A stretch of DNA of 64,000 nt, from NCBI GenBank assembly GCA_047495785.1, contig JBLDXI010000019.1, forward strand, positions 2,418,001 to 2,482,000. Direction: 5' to 3'. Below, piece by piece: positions 1 to 11,066 of the stretch (positions are counted from its first letter, which is position 1; each line of letters opens with the position of its first letter). Source of the stretch: Lepidodermella squamata (Eukaryota > Animalia > Gastrotricha). The position numbers were made by a program, and so were the translations under genes. The notes under the pieces were generated by a model. That model saw only the letters and a program-made list of their open reading frames with translations, was not told where the DNA came from and searched no databases.

Positions 1-3000
1 CTTGTAAATAATAGCACTAATTGCTGTAAATAATTTGCGGAAATTTCCGCTGACTGATTTTTTAAGGTAACGATTAAGAGCCTGTTTTTGTTATTATTCG
101 CCTCGTTATTATTATTTATTTCATTTTATAATAACAATACTTTGTTCCATTAAAAATTCGCGGCGTATATAGCGTAAGAAACGTGTGATTGTTACCAACA
201 TGTGTAATTACGCGTGTTTTATATTGGCCCAGGTGTGGCCGCCCTATACTCGAGGCGTTAGTAATACGCCTCGCATTGACCCATAGCAAAATCGCTTATA
301 TTGTAAAGCGAAAGTGTGCCTCGTTGGAAGAATGTCCCTAGTCGCTGCCTTAATTCTCTCTCTCACCTGAGCCGCGGTCTCATTATTGCGCTATAACATG
401 CAACAACAACATCTCGTAGCCGCCTTAATAATTGAGGCGCATGACTTTTTCCGGTGCTAATTTGAGCTAACACCCCTTGTAAATTATTCAGTGGCTTTTG
501 GCTCGAGAGCGCTCTTCACCCACAACTACACATATTATGCCTTAATACTATAATACGAGAGAGAATATATAGAGAAATGCATTTCATGATTTTCCGCAAC
601 GTTGGATTTTGACAAAATTTTGAATTTTTTGAAACATTACGACTTCTTTGTGAATAGAAGCAATTTTAGGCATGATTGGCTAGGTTTTTAGGGCGCGTCT
701 CTTGTCTAATTCAATAATATAAACCAGCGCGCAAAATTTTAAGCGCGTGCGCTCTTTCATTAAAACGCTATTTATTACATCGAAAACCGTTAAAATCGCC
801 CGCCAATTTTCACAGCTCCTCGTTACCATCCTCATATTATTATTCGTTTTAGCTATAATATTTTATTAATATATATTGTCGCAACTCGATGTCCATTCAG
901 CTGTCCACTATAATGTATATATAGAGTGGACATTTTGCGATATTAATATGCATTACTGTTATTCATATATTTGAAAAGTATAGCCAGTAGCCAGGGATTT
1001 AATGCGGCCGGGCCATCTGCTGATTTCGCTCAAAGCATGCATGAGAAATTTTTCCATATTGCCGAATTCGTAAAATATGCGCATCGCTAAAAACAACAAG
1101 CCCAGCCGCGGAAAAATGTATGGTCTGTATAAATTATTAGATAAACAGTTTCCGGCTCACAAACAAATTTTTTTATGTTGGTTTTAGCTTCTTTATAGCT
1201 ATAAACAGTATTATTAGAGTTGCGTCCCATTTTTTTCTCATATAATTTAAGCCTATTTTCAGCCTTTTTTTAGGATAATTATAAGAATCACCTTAAAATG
1301 ATCTCAATATATTTTTTTCATAATTCTCGTAATTTTTCTGTATTTGCTTAATAACGAAAAGTAATTAGAAACTCAGAAGATAACAATGCTTGTTATTTTT
1401 CTAGCGCGTTTACATTGTTATATGATATTATTTATTACACGCACAATTTTGCGCCGAAACATACACACAAGCGCGCACTTTATTATTGTCGCGCGCTCGC
1501 TCGCTTGTGGCAACACGCGCGGCTCTGTCGTAGTTTTTCGCCACCGACGACAACGAAAAATGTGTCAACGGGGCTTCTTCGTCTTCGTCGTCTTCCCTGC
1601 TCGCAGCAGCACCACAAACCACTTCAAGCCGACTGCTGTTTATTCACTTTTTACGCGCGTCTCAAACAATGCGACGCGCTTTATATGAAATGTCGTGCGT
1701 TTTTAATGATTACACAATCTTCGCACAGTTTCGCGCTTCGGGCTACTATTTTATGATCTCTGAATGTTACTTAGATGTTTTCTCGAAATTCGGTACATTT
1801 TGGTGTAAATTTAGTGTTTATAGCAATTAATCGGAAATTATTTCCATTTTAACCCCGAAATTTTAATTTAATGGCTAAAATTATTGCTAGATTTTTCCAT
1901 TTTTTTTTAAGATTTTAGACGTGAATATTTTTGGGGCTATTTCCGGATTTTTTGCTGTTTATACTGCGGCGTTAACAGCGCATATCTCGTTGTAATCATC
2001 ATTCATCATTCATCTCACGCCGGGCCACCAAAATGTAGCGAGTTCTGATGTGTTGAGTTGAGCAAACGAGAGGCAGGAAGGAACAACACGGCCAAAACAC
2101 GTCACGGAAACATACATCGCCCGCTCGTCCGCTCGTTCTGATGATGTTTGATTAGCAAGAGCAGCGGACCTCGAGCTTTGCAACACGCGAATTTCATCTT
2201 TGCCCACGAAAATTTCCAGCGAGAGAACAATGCATTTGTTAAACATTTTAGGGAAATTTTATTAATTGCCGCGTTGAGACAAAGGCGGCGAATGAGGGCC
2301 TATTATCTCTTGACCTCATCGATATATATTTAGGTGCTATTATTGTCTGCTGCTGTCTACCCCGACATTGTCTCACATCACCTTGTCCTTAAATTATACT
2401 AAAATTTCCTTCTTTAAGATTTTTTTACCAAAACTACACACATTTTCCTACGCAGCTAAGGTCAATTTTTTATACATCGGAAAAACAAAAAATACAACGG
2501 CGCGTGGTCATCGATTTATTAATTATGACTAGAGCGCCGATAGAGCAAGTGACTTTGGGTCGATTTATATTATTATTATTATTTCCCATTATTCTCTTAC
2601 AAAATGAGCAGTTCCGCCCTATATTTTTGCATTGCGCCCATATACAAGAGCGTCTTTTGCGTAAATTTTTCCTGTCCTGCCGCGGGTAGTTTGCCTAATA
2701 TCTAGAAATTTTCGCCTTTCTATTGTACCCAGCATCTAGACTATTATTATTATTGGCTATTGAAAAACACGCTTTATTATAGTACCTATGTAAACAAATT
2801 TATTTATTTTCCCGCCCTCAATAGTTCAGTTTTATAGGCTGATTTTCAGAGAGTTTCCTCGTTTTTTTTAGGATTATAGGGATTGGTTTTTTGGCTGATA
2901 GCTGAGAGATTATCAGTCAGAAATTTCATAAAATTATCTTTCTATAATTTAAATTTGGCAGATATTTTCAATTCACTCCTATTCAGTTTCAATTTTTTTT

Positions 3001-3122
3001 AATTAGAATTTTAAATTTCTGTCTTAATATTTAAAAAATTTCCTTTAATTCTCAATTTTCTATTTTATTATAGGAATATATTTTATTGGAAAATTTTACT
3101 ATGTTAACCGGCATATTTCAAG

Positions 3123-3640
3123 CCTTCGCAAATGCGATTAGGCGGGTGACAGGCCGCGGCCAGGCGCCGAAAAAGCCTGAAGAGCCTAAAAAAGACGAAG
3201 CGAAAACTGAAACCAAGCGGGAAGAAGCTGCCTCATCAACCACGACCACGACCACTGCCTCAACTGAACACGTTATTTCGACCATCCCCGCCCCGGTTGA
3301 CGCACCGAAAAAGCGCGGCCGCAAGCGGAAGGCTGAGACGATAAGCACGGCTAGCAGCGAAAATGACGACGCAAGCTCGACGAATTCAAGCCAACAACGG
3401 CGCAAATCTGCTCGGTTAGCCGTTGCGAAGCGTACGGCGTTGATTGACGAAAGTGAAGACCGCGCGTCGTCCCTGATGGATTTGTCCGATCATGAAGATG
3501 CGAGCGTTGAGATTGCGGGCGATGAGACTGATGACAGGTCGTCGAGCGTTCTCAGCAGCAGTGAGGCGAGCGAGGCGGCGACGCTGCTTCATAACCACCA
3601 ACTACATCACCAGGCCGAAATTTTCGCCGTCAAGGTATAG
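3123..3640 (+). CDS. Probable terminal exon of a low-complexity nuclear protein (basic NLS/AT-hook-like PKKRGRKRK, RRKSARL motif, acidic Ser-rich tail); upstream exons not resolved
   Basis: GC-rich 184-aa ORF (3086..3640) in AT-rich flanks; candidate acceptor tttcaAG at 3121-3122; stop TAG at 3638-3640. Confidence 0.6.
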
Positions 3641-5193
3641 ATGGCGGGAATTTGGTCAACAAACTTATAATCTTAACACCTTAACATATCTCATTATTAA
3701 CAAATTCTGAAAATTAGTTATTAATTGTGAATTTTCGAATTTTGACAATTTTTTAGACGTAATTAGGGATGCGTGTCAAATGAATGACCGAAATCAGACG
3801 ATTCGACTGATGTGTATGCCTAATTACGGTCAAAAAATTGTTAAAACTCATTTTCACCTCTGAATTCTAAATCATGATTTTTCTGTTTTTACATCTCTCC
3901 TTTGTTTTCGCTGTAATTCGTCTTCTTTTATTGTCCTATTTCTGTGTAACCTTAATGGGGTTAAAAAAATGAAAAATTTTCCAAGCAAGACTTTTCCCAC
4001 TCGGGACAAGTCGTTCAAGTCCCAATTTAAAAAATTTGATTTGAATAGTTGTCACGTTGACTTCGAGGTAAATAAGATTCTAGCCGTAATAATGTGTAAT
4101 AGATGATTTTCATAATATTTTACCTTTTTTTCTGTTTGTGAAAAAAATATTGTGTACATCTGGCGAGCGAAAAAACGCTGTGTAATTGAATATTATTAAT
4201 CTTCGGATTTCGATGGGAAATGCCGATTGAAAAAAACATGAGACGACGCTTAAATGGAATGAATAAAAGTTCAAACGATTTTTAATGGAAGGAGTTATGT
4301 TATAACTGTTCCAGTTCAAACGAGGCACATTCCATGGGAAAAAGTAAACTGACGATTCTCCTCTGGTTCGAAATAGCGAACTCACGTGGTGTTGACGCGA
4401 AGATGTAGTGCTGTCTCAAGCTTGATCAATCAGTTTGCCTGATGTTCGAAATGGGCGGCACTGGTATAGGCGAAGCTTGCAGAGCTGTTTACTACGTTTT
4501 TTCCCTGCCTTGCTAGCTCTAAGTGTCAATTAGATTCAGCGTTAGCCATAGACCTGAATTTCACTCCAGCTTTTTTTAGCTGCTTCTTCCGTCACATTGC
4601 TGAAAGGATTGAAATAAAGCTTCTTGGTGTTCAATATGGGCCACCAGGAAAAATATCGTAAAATGAAAGTTGCATGGAGCTTGGGAGTTGAGACTTGCCA
4701 GTCAAGGTATCGAAGGAGGACCCTTGATGCGCCAACGCATTATTAGAGCCCGAAAACTATATTTTATCGCTAGACAATTCTAGCAAATACGAACTCTGAT
4801 CGGAATTCTAGACGGTTTTACATGTCGTGACATCGTTAATGGGATGTTCGCTGCTCTTTCAGTAACGTACTATGAACTCAAGCAAAAACACTTTAAGTGT
4901 CACAATGTCAAAATTGAAGTCGAAAAATTTCTGATTTATGCAAGCTTTTGTAAGATGATCCGGAGCAAGATTCTATAGCGTCCCGCACCTCCTCTTTCAC
5001 GCCTGCTCAATGGAGCGAACGAAGCGGCTTACGTTGAAATAAGAAACCTATGTTTTGATGGGAAGGATTGGGGTGAATCGGAAATGCATCGGGAAAAATT
5101 TCTAGGCTAGAAAAATTTCTCTTAAAAACATGCCGCATGAACGTCAAGAGTATAGTCGAGGAATATTTAATCTTACTCTTAGCTAGCCTTGTT

Positions 5194-7443
5194 ATGAAGT
5201 TAAAGTACCTAACCGTGATTGTAGCTTCCGCTCTGATCTACAGCGAAGCTGCTGCTAAACGCGAGTCTTTGTCAATGCTTACCTTCTTACAAATCACAGG
5301 AGACTTACCTCGCGTTGGCAGAGCTTGTAGGGCTGCGATGGATGTTGTAGTAGATGAGGTCAACTCTCGAAGTGACATACTGACCAACTACAGCATCAAA
5401 CCTGTCTACGAAGATGAAGGTCCACTAGGAATCTTCTCATCACAAACAAGCATTTTATTTCGGCGAAATGAAACTGAACTTCAATCGCCAATTGTTGTTG
5501 GGCCGTTCTTCCCAGGATGCATGTGTGCCGCGCGACATGCTCACCAGATTGGCATGGTAATGATTGCATCCGGCTGCAACATTCCTCAAATAACTGGAGA
5601 TAGGAAAGTCTACCCGAACCTTTACAAAACTCGTGCTTCAGGAGAACTCGTCGCATTTCCTCAACTAAAGTTCATCCGTGAAGTCGGCAAATGGAATCGT
5701 TTCGGGATCTTGACCAATGTTGCAAACGTATTCGACTACACGCTGAGTGCGTTCTTATTGAAAACAGCTATCAAGGAGGGTTTCGAGATATCTTTCTACG
5801 ATATCGTTCCTGAAGTCTCCGATAGTACTATAATGTCTTTGATTGCATCTAACACAAGAATTGTAGTGTACGCTTCGGGAGCTGCTCCTTTCAACCTGAA
5901 TTTCCTCTGCAAGACGTTCAAATTGGCTATGAGCGGATCGCGGTATGTATTCATACTGCATTCAACATCGTTTTTCGAACCTAGTACACTGCCGGAAGAT
6001 TTAGGCCAGGGCTGTAAGAGAAATATGGTTTTTGAGCAGTTGAAGATTTCCTACTGGATCGGCTGGGCAATGGTAGCGTCGCCAAGCATAGCCCCAACAA
6101 TAGCATCATCTCTCGGCATGAAGCTTGCTGATTTCGAAGAGAAGTATCGTAACAGGTTGAGAGGGGAAATACCAAGTGACCACGCAAAAAGATTTCATTG
6201 CCACGATGCGATGCTTGAGGCCATTTTGGCTCTTGACAAAGCTGAATACCGGTTGCAACTTAATAACATGTCTCTCTCAGACTATGGGTCACGCCCGACA
6301 GCTGTAATGAGTGCTGTCAATAAATCCGTCGCAGAAATCGATTTCGTAGGCTTCAGAATCGGGCGGATGAAATATTCCAGCAGGCTTGAGATAGATGACG
6401 ACGTTCAGTCTGTTTCCGTTTGGACCCAGGTTTCAAAGCTTAGATTTATTGGAGAGGTTAAACTGAGTGAGAACGGATCACTTGATAACTACTCTTCGTA
6501 CGAATCGAACTGGTTGGCAGCTCCTAATTGGTTCACAACTGACGGAGAACCTATCAAAGACAGGCCTTCGACAGTTCAGCGAACTTTAAGCTTATCGGGT
6601 AACTTTTTCTGGGGTATTGTCGCTGCTGTTGCTTTACTGCAAATATTTTCTTCTGGCATAGTATTCAAGTCATTTTTGAAGATGAATTGCTTTCAAGACC
6701 ACTTGATGAGAATTATTTTGTCGCTGGCTTGCTTCATCCTTAGCATTGGCGCATGCGTTTTCAGTTTCCCGATATCAAATGCAGAAATCTCATATATGTG
6801 TTACCTTCAACGTGGAATCCTAGTGATTGGCTTAGCATTGGTTACGAGTTCAATTTCATCTACCATAGCTGCATTGCGAAAGTTACGAATAGTTCCCAAG
6901 CTTTCTCCCAAGACCATAAATTCTGTAATGTATCCCAAGAGCGTTACAGAAATTGACACTTGCTCATCGAAATTATTCGATACTCGGAAGTTTGCAGTGA
7001 AGTTAGCGTTGGTATCGATTTACTTAGCTGTTTGGCTTTCCTTTGAGCGACCAAAAATAATTCGGGTAGATTCAGAGCCATTCTACGAATACGCCAGCGA
7101 TTCTAACGTCATTGTCGTTCTCTACGCCTGTGGTTCATCGAATGAGATATATTGGATTTATCCGTTAATCGTTTCAATTTACGTAAAATTGCTATGGTCC
7201 GCCTGGTCTGCTTATCGGCTGAAAAATCGGATCAAATTCATGCAAATTTCGGATCAGTCAGAACTTGGGTTTGTATCGATTTTGCTGTCCTGTCTTATTC
7301 CGATATTCACGGCACTCATTATGGCCATTGCGGCTTTGAAAGACCCGAATCAACAGCTTGAAACTTTGTCCATTGGACTACTGATAATTTCAATTATATT
7401 AGCTGCTTTTTCCGCCAGATTGGCGAATGTCCGGATGGTATAA
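5194..7443 (+). CDS. Class C GPCR, GABA-B-receptor-like (Venus flytrap + 7TM, no Cys-rich domain), copy 1, intronless CDS
   Basis: Signal peptide from ATG 5194 (alternative ATG 5137); AMDVVVDEVNSRSDILTNY, YPNLYKT and WNRFGIL VFT motifs; seven hydrophobic segments, with TM3 Cys and ECL2 Cys (YACGS). Confidence 0.9.
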   Translation: MKLKYLTVIVASALIYSEAAAKRESLSMLTFLQITGDLPRVGRACRAAMDVVVDEVNSRSDILTNYSIKPVYEDEGPLGIFSSQTSILFRRNETELQSPIVVGPFFPGCMCAARHAHQIGMVMIASGCNIPQITGDRKVYPNLYKTRASGELVAFPQLKFIREVGKWNRFGILTNVANVFDYTLSAFLLKTAIKEGFEISFYDIVPEVSDSTIMSLIASNTRIVVYASGAAPFNLNFLCKTFKLAMSGSRYVFILHSTSFFEPSTLPEDLGQGCKRNMVFEQLKISYWIGWAMVASPSIAPTIASSLGMKLADFEEKYRNRLRGEIPSDHAKRFHCHDAMLEAILALDKAEYRLQLNNMSLSDYGSRPTAVMSAVNKSVAEIDFVGFRIGRMKYSSRLEIDDDVQSVSVWTQVSKLRFIGEVKLSENGSLDNYSSYESNWLAAPNWFTTDGEPIKDRPSTVQRTLSLSGNFFWGIVAAVALLQIFSSGIVFKSFLKMNCFQDHLMRIILSLACFILSIGACVFSFPISNAEISYMCYLQRGILVIGLALVTSSISSTIAALRKLRIVPKLSPKTINSVMYPKSVTEIDTCSSKLFDTRKFAVKLALVSIYLAVWLSFERPKIIRVDSEPFYEYASDSNVIVVLYACGSSNEIYWIYPLIVSIYVKLLWSAWSAYRLKNRIKFMQISDQSELGFVSILLSCLIPIFTALIMAIAALKDPNQQLETLSIGLLIISIILAAFSARLANVRMV

Positions 7444-7919
7444 TCTTCTTGCACAATGAAATAAAAAATAATAATGAATGGGGTCTGAAGTGCATGCGCA
7501 TAAGCCTCGAACAAACTAAAGCAGCAACCTTCATGCTAAGGTTTGAAGTTCAATTGGCTCCATCCTTCACACGCCATACCCAAATCAAAGAGAGCTTACA
7601 AGCAGATAACTCATAGATCTATTAATTCCAAACATCATTTCAGAGTTTCAAAACCCCTTCAAAGATGATTTTAGTACTTGTCTGAGCTTTTCCGGCGAAT
7701 TTTCCCCCAGTCTGACTAAACTGTGTAGCATAGCTTATTTGGCTCAACCGTGTACAATCTGGGTTCGTAATTATGGAGAGTTTTTTGATGTTGTCTCGTT
7801 ACAATAAGCCTTATTAGCCCATATTATCAAATTATGATTTGACGCAGTAACGCATGTAATTGGGCGCAAAAATTGATGCCGCCAGTCCCGCATTTTTAGC
7901 GTTGTTAATCAGCTGCAAA

Positions 7920-10217
7920 ATGACTTGCGGGAAATTACTTACTCTTATAGGAGCAATATTTCTCATTAGCTGCCAAGTCCACGGGAGGATTAAACGTGAA
8001 ACCATATCTCTGCTAGCATTTGTCCCAATCACCGGTGACTATCCTAGAATCGGAGAAGGTTGTAAGTTGGCAATGGATGTTGTAGTAAATGAGGTCAACT
8101 CTCGCCGAGAAATCCTACCTGATTATCACATTGAACCAGTTTACGAGGATGAAGGACCAGGCGCAGCTTATTGCCCCAGAACATCTGTTTTATTTCGACG
8201 CAACGAATCATTTCTCCGCCAGTCTCCAATAATGGTCGGTCCTTTCTATTCAGGTGGCTGCTTAGCTGTTGCTAGGCACACACATCACTTGGACATGGTG
8301 CAGATTACAATAGGGTGCAGCACCCCCCAAGGTACAGCGAATAGGCGTTCTTTTCCGAATCTTTACAAAACTCGAATTACTGGGGAGTTAGTGGCATTTC
8401 CTCAGCTTTATTTCATCCGCGAAATAGGCAGCTGGAACAGGTTCGGAATACTCACGAATGCTGGCAATGTGTTCGATTACACTCTCAGCGCCTTTCTGTT
8501 AAAAACTGCGATTAAAGAAGGCTTCGAAATCTCTTACTACGACAGCGTTCTGGACATTGACGACAACACGATGATCATGCTGAAGAAATCTGAGACGAAG
8601 ATTATAGCTGTCGAAATTGGAGGCGGGCAGCAGGTTACGAGATTTTTATGCCAGAGCCACAAATTTGGCCTGGTTGGAGCTCGGTACGTTTTTCTAATGC
8701 TCGCAGCAGCCTATTTCGAGCCGGAATCTCTGCCTGAAGTTGTGAGCCCTGGCTGCACATCTGATATGATTTTCGAGCAGCTTAAGATATCATACTGGAT
8801 AGGCTGGGCTTCCACACCGGCCCCGTCAATAGCACAAGGGATGGTGTCATCTCTTGGAATGAAACTTCAATATTTCGAGTCGAGGTACGCTGATAAGGTC
8901 AGTGGTCAAACGCCTGCTGATCACGAACGGCGCCTTCTCTGTCACGACGCTATGCTACAATCAATATTAGCTCTAGACGATTCTGAGAGGCGTCTCAAGG
9001 CTGTAAACATGTCCCTACGAGATTATCGATCACATCCTACTGAAGTCATGAAGGTAGTGAATCAATCAGTTGCTAGGAGCGACTACTTAGGATTCAGAAT
9101 AGGAAGAATCAAGTATTCGACCCGACTTGAGATGGATGAGGACATTCAAGTAGTTACAACATGGACCCCATCAAAAAAGCTTGAGCTCATTGGTGAGGTG
9201 AAAATTGAGGGTAACAAATCCTTGTATCAATATAAGTCTTATATAGCGAATTGGTTTACCCAGCCACCTTGGCTAACCTTAGACGGGAATCCAACCATGG
9301 ATAAAAGCCCTTTCATTGCTCAAATCGAGAGCACTTCTGACGGATTCTCATGGGCAATAATAGCCTATTCATCGGTCACTAGTTTACCTGTTATTATATT
9401 TACTATTTGGCAGGATAATAAGAGAAGGTTATCTTTGCGAGAATCAAGTAGTATCGTCCTGTTGATTCATGGTCTCCTGTTCAGCATTGCAGCCATATTT
9501 TTCAGTTTACCAGTGCGTGGATTTGACATGCAGTTCACATGCATCATTCAGCGAGTTTCGTTAGCAATCGGATTCTTAAATCTAGCGGGATTCTTGGCAA
9601 TTTTGATTTGTTTTCTTTTGATCGAATCCAAGCGAGCAATCTCTGCGACGAAGGCCGAGGACAGAAAAGATATTTTAGTAATCACCGTTGCTACCCCAAG
9701 CAATTTGGTAATGTCATCATTCAGCTTGAGCCTGGAAAAGCGCTTCAAGGTTCTGAAACTTCTATTTATATGTCTCCTCTTTTCGATTTCGTACTTGTCA
9801 ATTTGGTTGCCAATCGAACAACCTAATTTAAGAGCTGAAAACACGACAATCGTGCCGTTTTATGACTACGCGGCTGATACCTATTATGTTTACACTGCAT
9901 ACGTTTGCGGGTCAACCAACGAGATGCATTGGATTGTAGGCTTAATCGCGATCGTCTATATATCGCTTTTAGTATCGTTTTGGTTAGCATACAGACTCAA
10001 GTTGCGTTGCAAGGCAGCAAAACTGATACCGCATCAAGACTTTAAACTGGTTTTTGCTGTCTTGATAATTCTGATTCCGTTGTTAACTGGGCTGATTCTA
10101 TTGGTGGTGGCTGTGGAAACACATGTTAGCCGCATGATAGCTGTAGCAGTTGGGTGTGCAATCACTTCAACATTTATCTACGCCATAGCGCTCTGGTTCA
10201 CAGTGAAGAAGCCTTGA
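7920..10217 (+). CDS. Class C GPCR, GABA-B-like, copy 2, intronless CDS
   Basis: Paralog of copy 1 over the full length; the ORF track starts at a TTG, and the first ATG (7920) gives a signal peptide. Confidence 0.9.
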   Translation: MTCGKLLTLIGAIFLISCQVHGRIKRETISLLAFVPITGDYPRIGEGCKLAMDVVVNEVNSRREILPDYHIEPVYEDEGPGAAYCPRTSVLFRRNESFLRQSPIMVGPFYSGGCLAVARHTHHLDMVQITIGCSTPQGTANRRSFPNLYKTRITGELVAFPQLYFIREIGSWNRFGILTNAGNVFDYTLSAFLLKTAIKEGFEISYYDSVLDIDDNTMIMLKKSETKIIAVEIGGGQQVTRFLCQSHKFGLVGARYVFLMLAAAYFEPESLPEVVSPGCTSDMIFEQLKISYWIGWASTPAPSIAQGMVSSLGMKLQYFESRYADKVSGQTPADHERRLLCHDAMLQSILALDDSERRLKAVNMSLRDYRSHPTEVMKVVNQSVARSDYLGFRIGRIKYSTRLEMDEDIQVVTTWTPSKKLELIGEVKIEGNKSLYQYKSYIANWFTQPPWLTLDGNPTMDKSPFIAQIESTSDGFSWAIIAYSSVTSLPVIIFTIWQDNKRRLSLRESSSIVLLIHGLLFSIAAIFFSLPVRGFDMQFTCIIQRVSLAIGFLNLAGFLAILICFLLIESKRAISATKAEDRKDILVITVATPSNLVMSSFSLSLEKRFKVLKLLFICLLFSISYLSIWLPIEQPNLRAENTTIVPFYDYAADTYYVYTAYVCGSTNEMHWIVGLIAIVYISLLVSFWLAYRLKLRCKAAKLIPHQDFKLVFAVLIILIPLLTGLILLVVAVETHVSRMIAVAVGCAITSTFIYAIALWFTVKKP

Positions 10218-11066
10218 GGAAGTCCCATGATGTCTAACCGATTTCGAAATGTCTTAAAAATGTTGTCAAATCGTTGAAAAAATCTTGTAAAAATGTTGTG
10301 TGAAATTCTACCCATTAAATTCTGTCCCGAGAGATTGGCCAAAATTGATCATTCATCCCTTCTGGCAATAAGAAGTGAAATCTGGCTATTTTTCGCTATT
10401 GAGATACAAGGTACAGGGTATAATCAGTCTTTTTGACAAAAACAATCTTTGTGGGTACACAATTGGCCATGATGATAACACCTCGTAATACTCGCATTGC
10501 ACTTGGAAAGACTTCGTTGCGCGTTTAACCCTGAAAGAAGGGCTGATCCTCCCGCACACAATGCTTTCTTAGCCTAGAGAGGTACAGGCGGCATTAGCCA
10601 TATCAACCACACCAGCACGAGGTGCGAAAATTCGAGCGAAAGTCGTTTAGCAGGCTGGAATGCTTTTAAATGTCACGAAAGCAGGCGTGATAAGTAACGA
10701 TTAGTGATTTTAAAGCTTCATTTTACTGATTGAGCTCATTATGACACTCTAAACGTATGACACGGCTTGGATAGGAAATTTATTTGCGCGCAAGGGTTGA
10801 GATAATATCTGCTGTACTTTCCCTCAAAAATACTCATTGTTCATGACTGCGTGATTCAGCTTATTAAGCTATTTGTTGCTTTCACTTCGGTTTTTTGTTT
10901 CTTTATGTTGCGTTGCGGAGTTGAAGGAAATCCATTTTATTGAAGCTTTCAAGAGAAGGAAATCCTTGCGCGTCAGCAAAAAGCCCGGATACAAGGGGTT
11001 AATGTATCTCGAGCCTCTCCGCAATAAAATCACAGAGACATTTTGATTTTTTCCTAGTGTGGTGAT

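Noticed and set aside
1-3080. Short ORFs at 1386-2689
   Set aside because: Mostly non-ATG starts, no domains; composition resembles intron or regulatory DNA
4100-4900. Possible decayed coding or TE fragment upstream of GPCR1 (17-bp match TTATT(A/G)GAGCCCGAAAA to ~16803)
   Set aside because: Match too short and no recognisable translation
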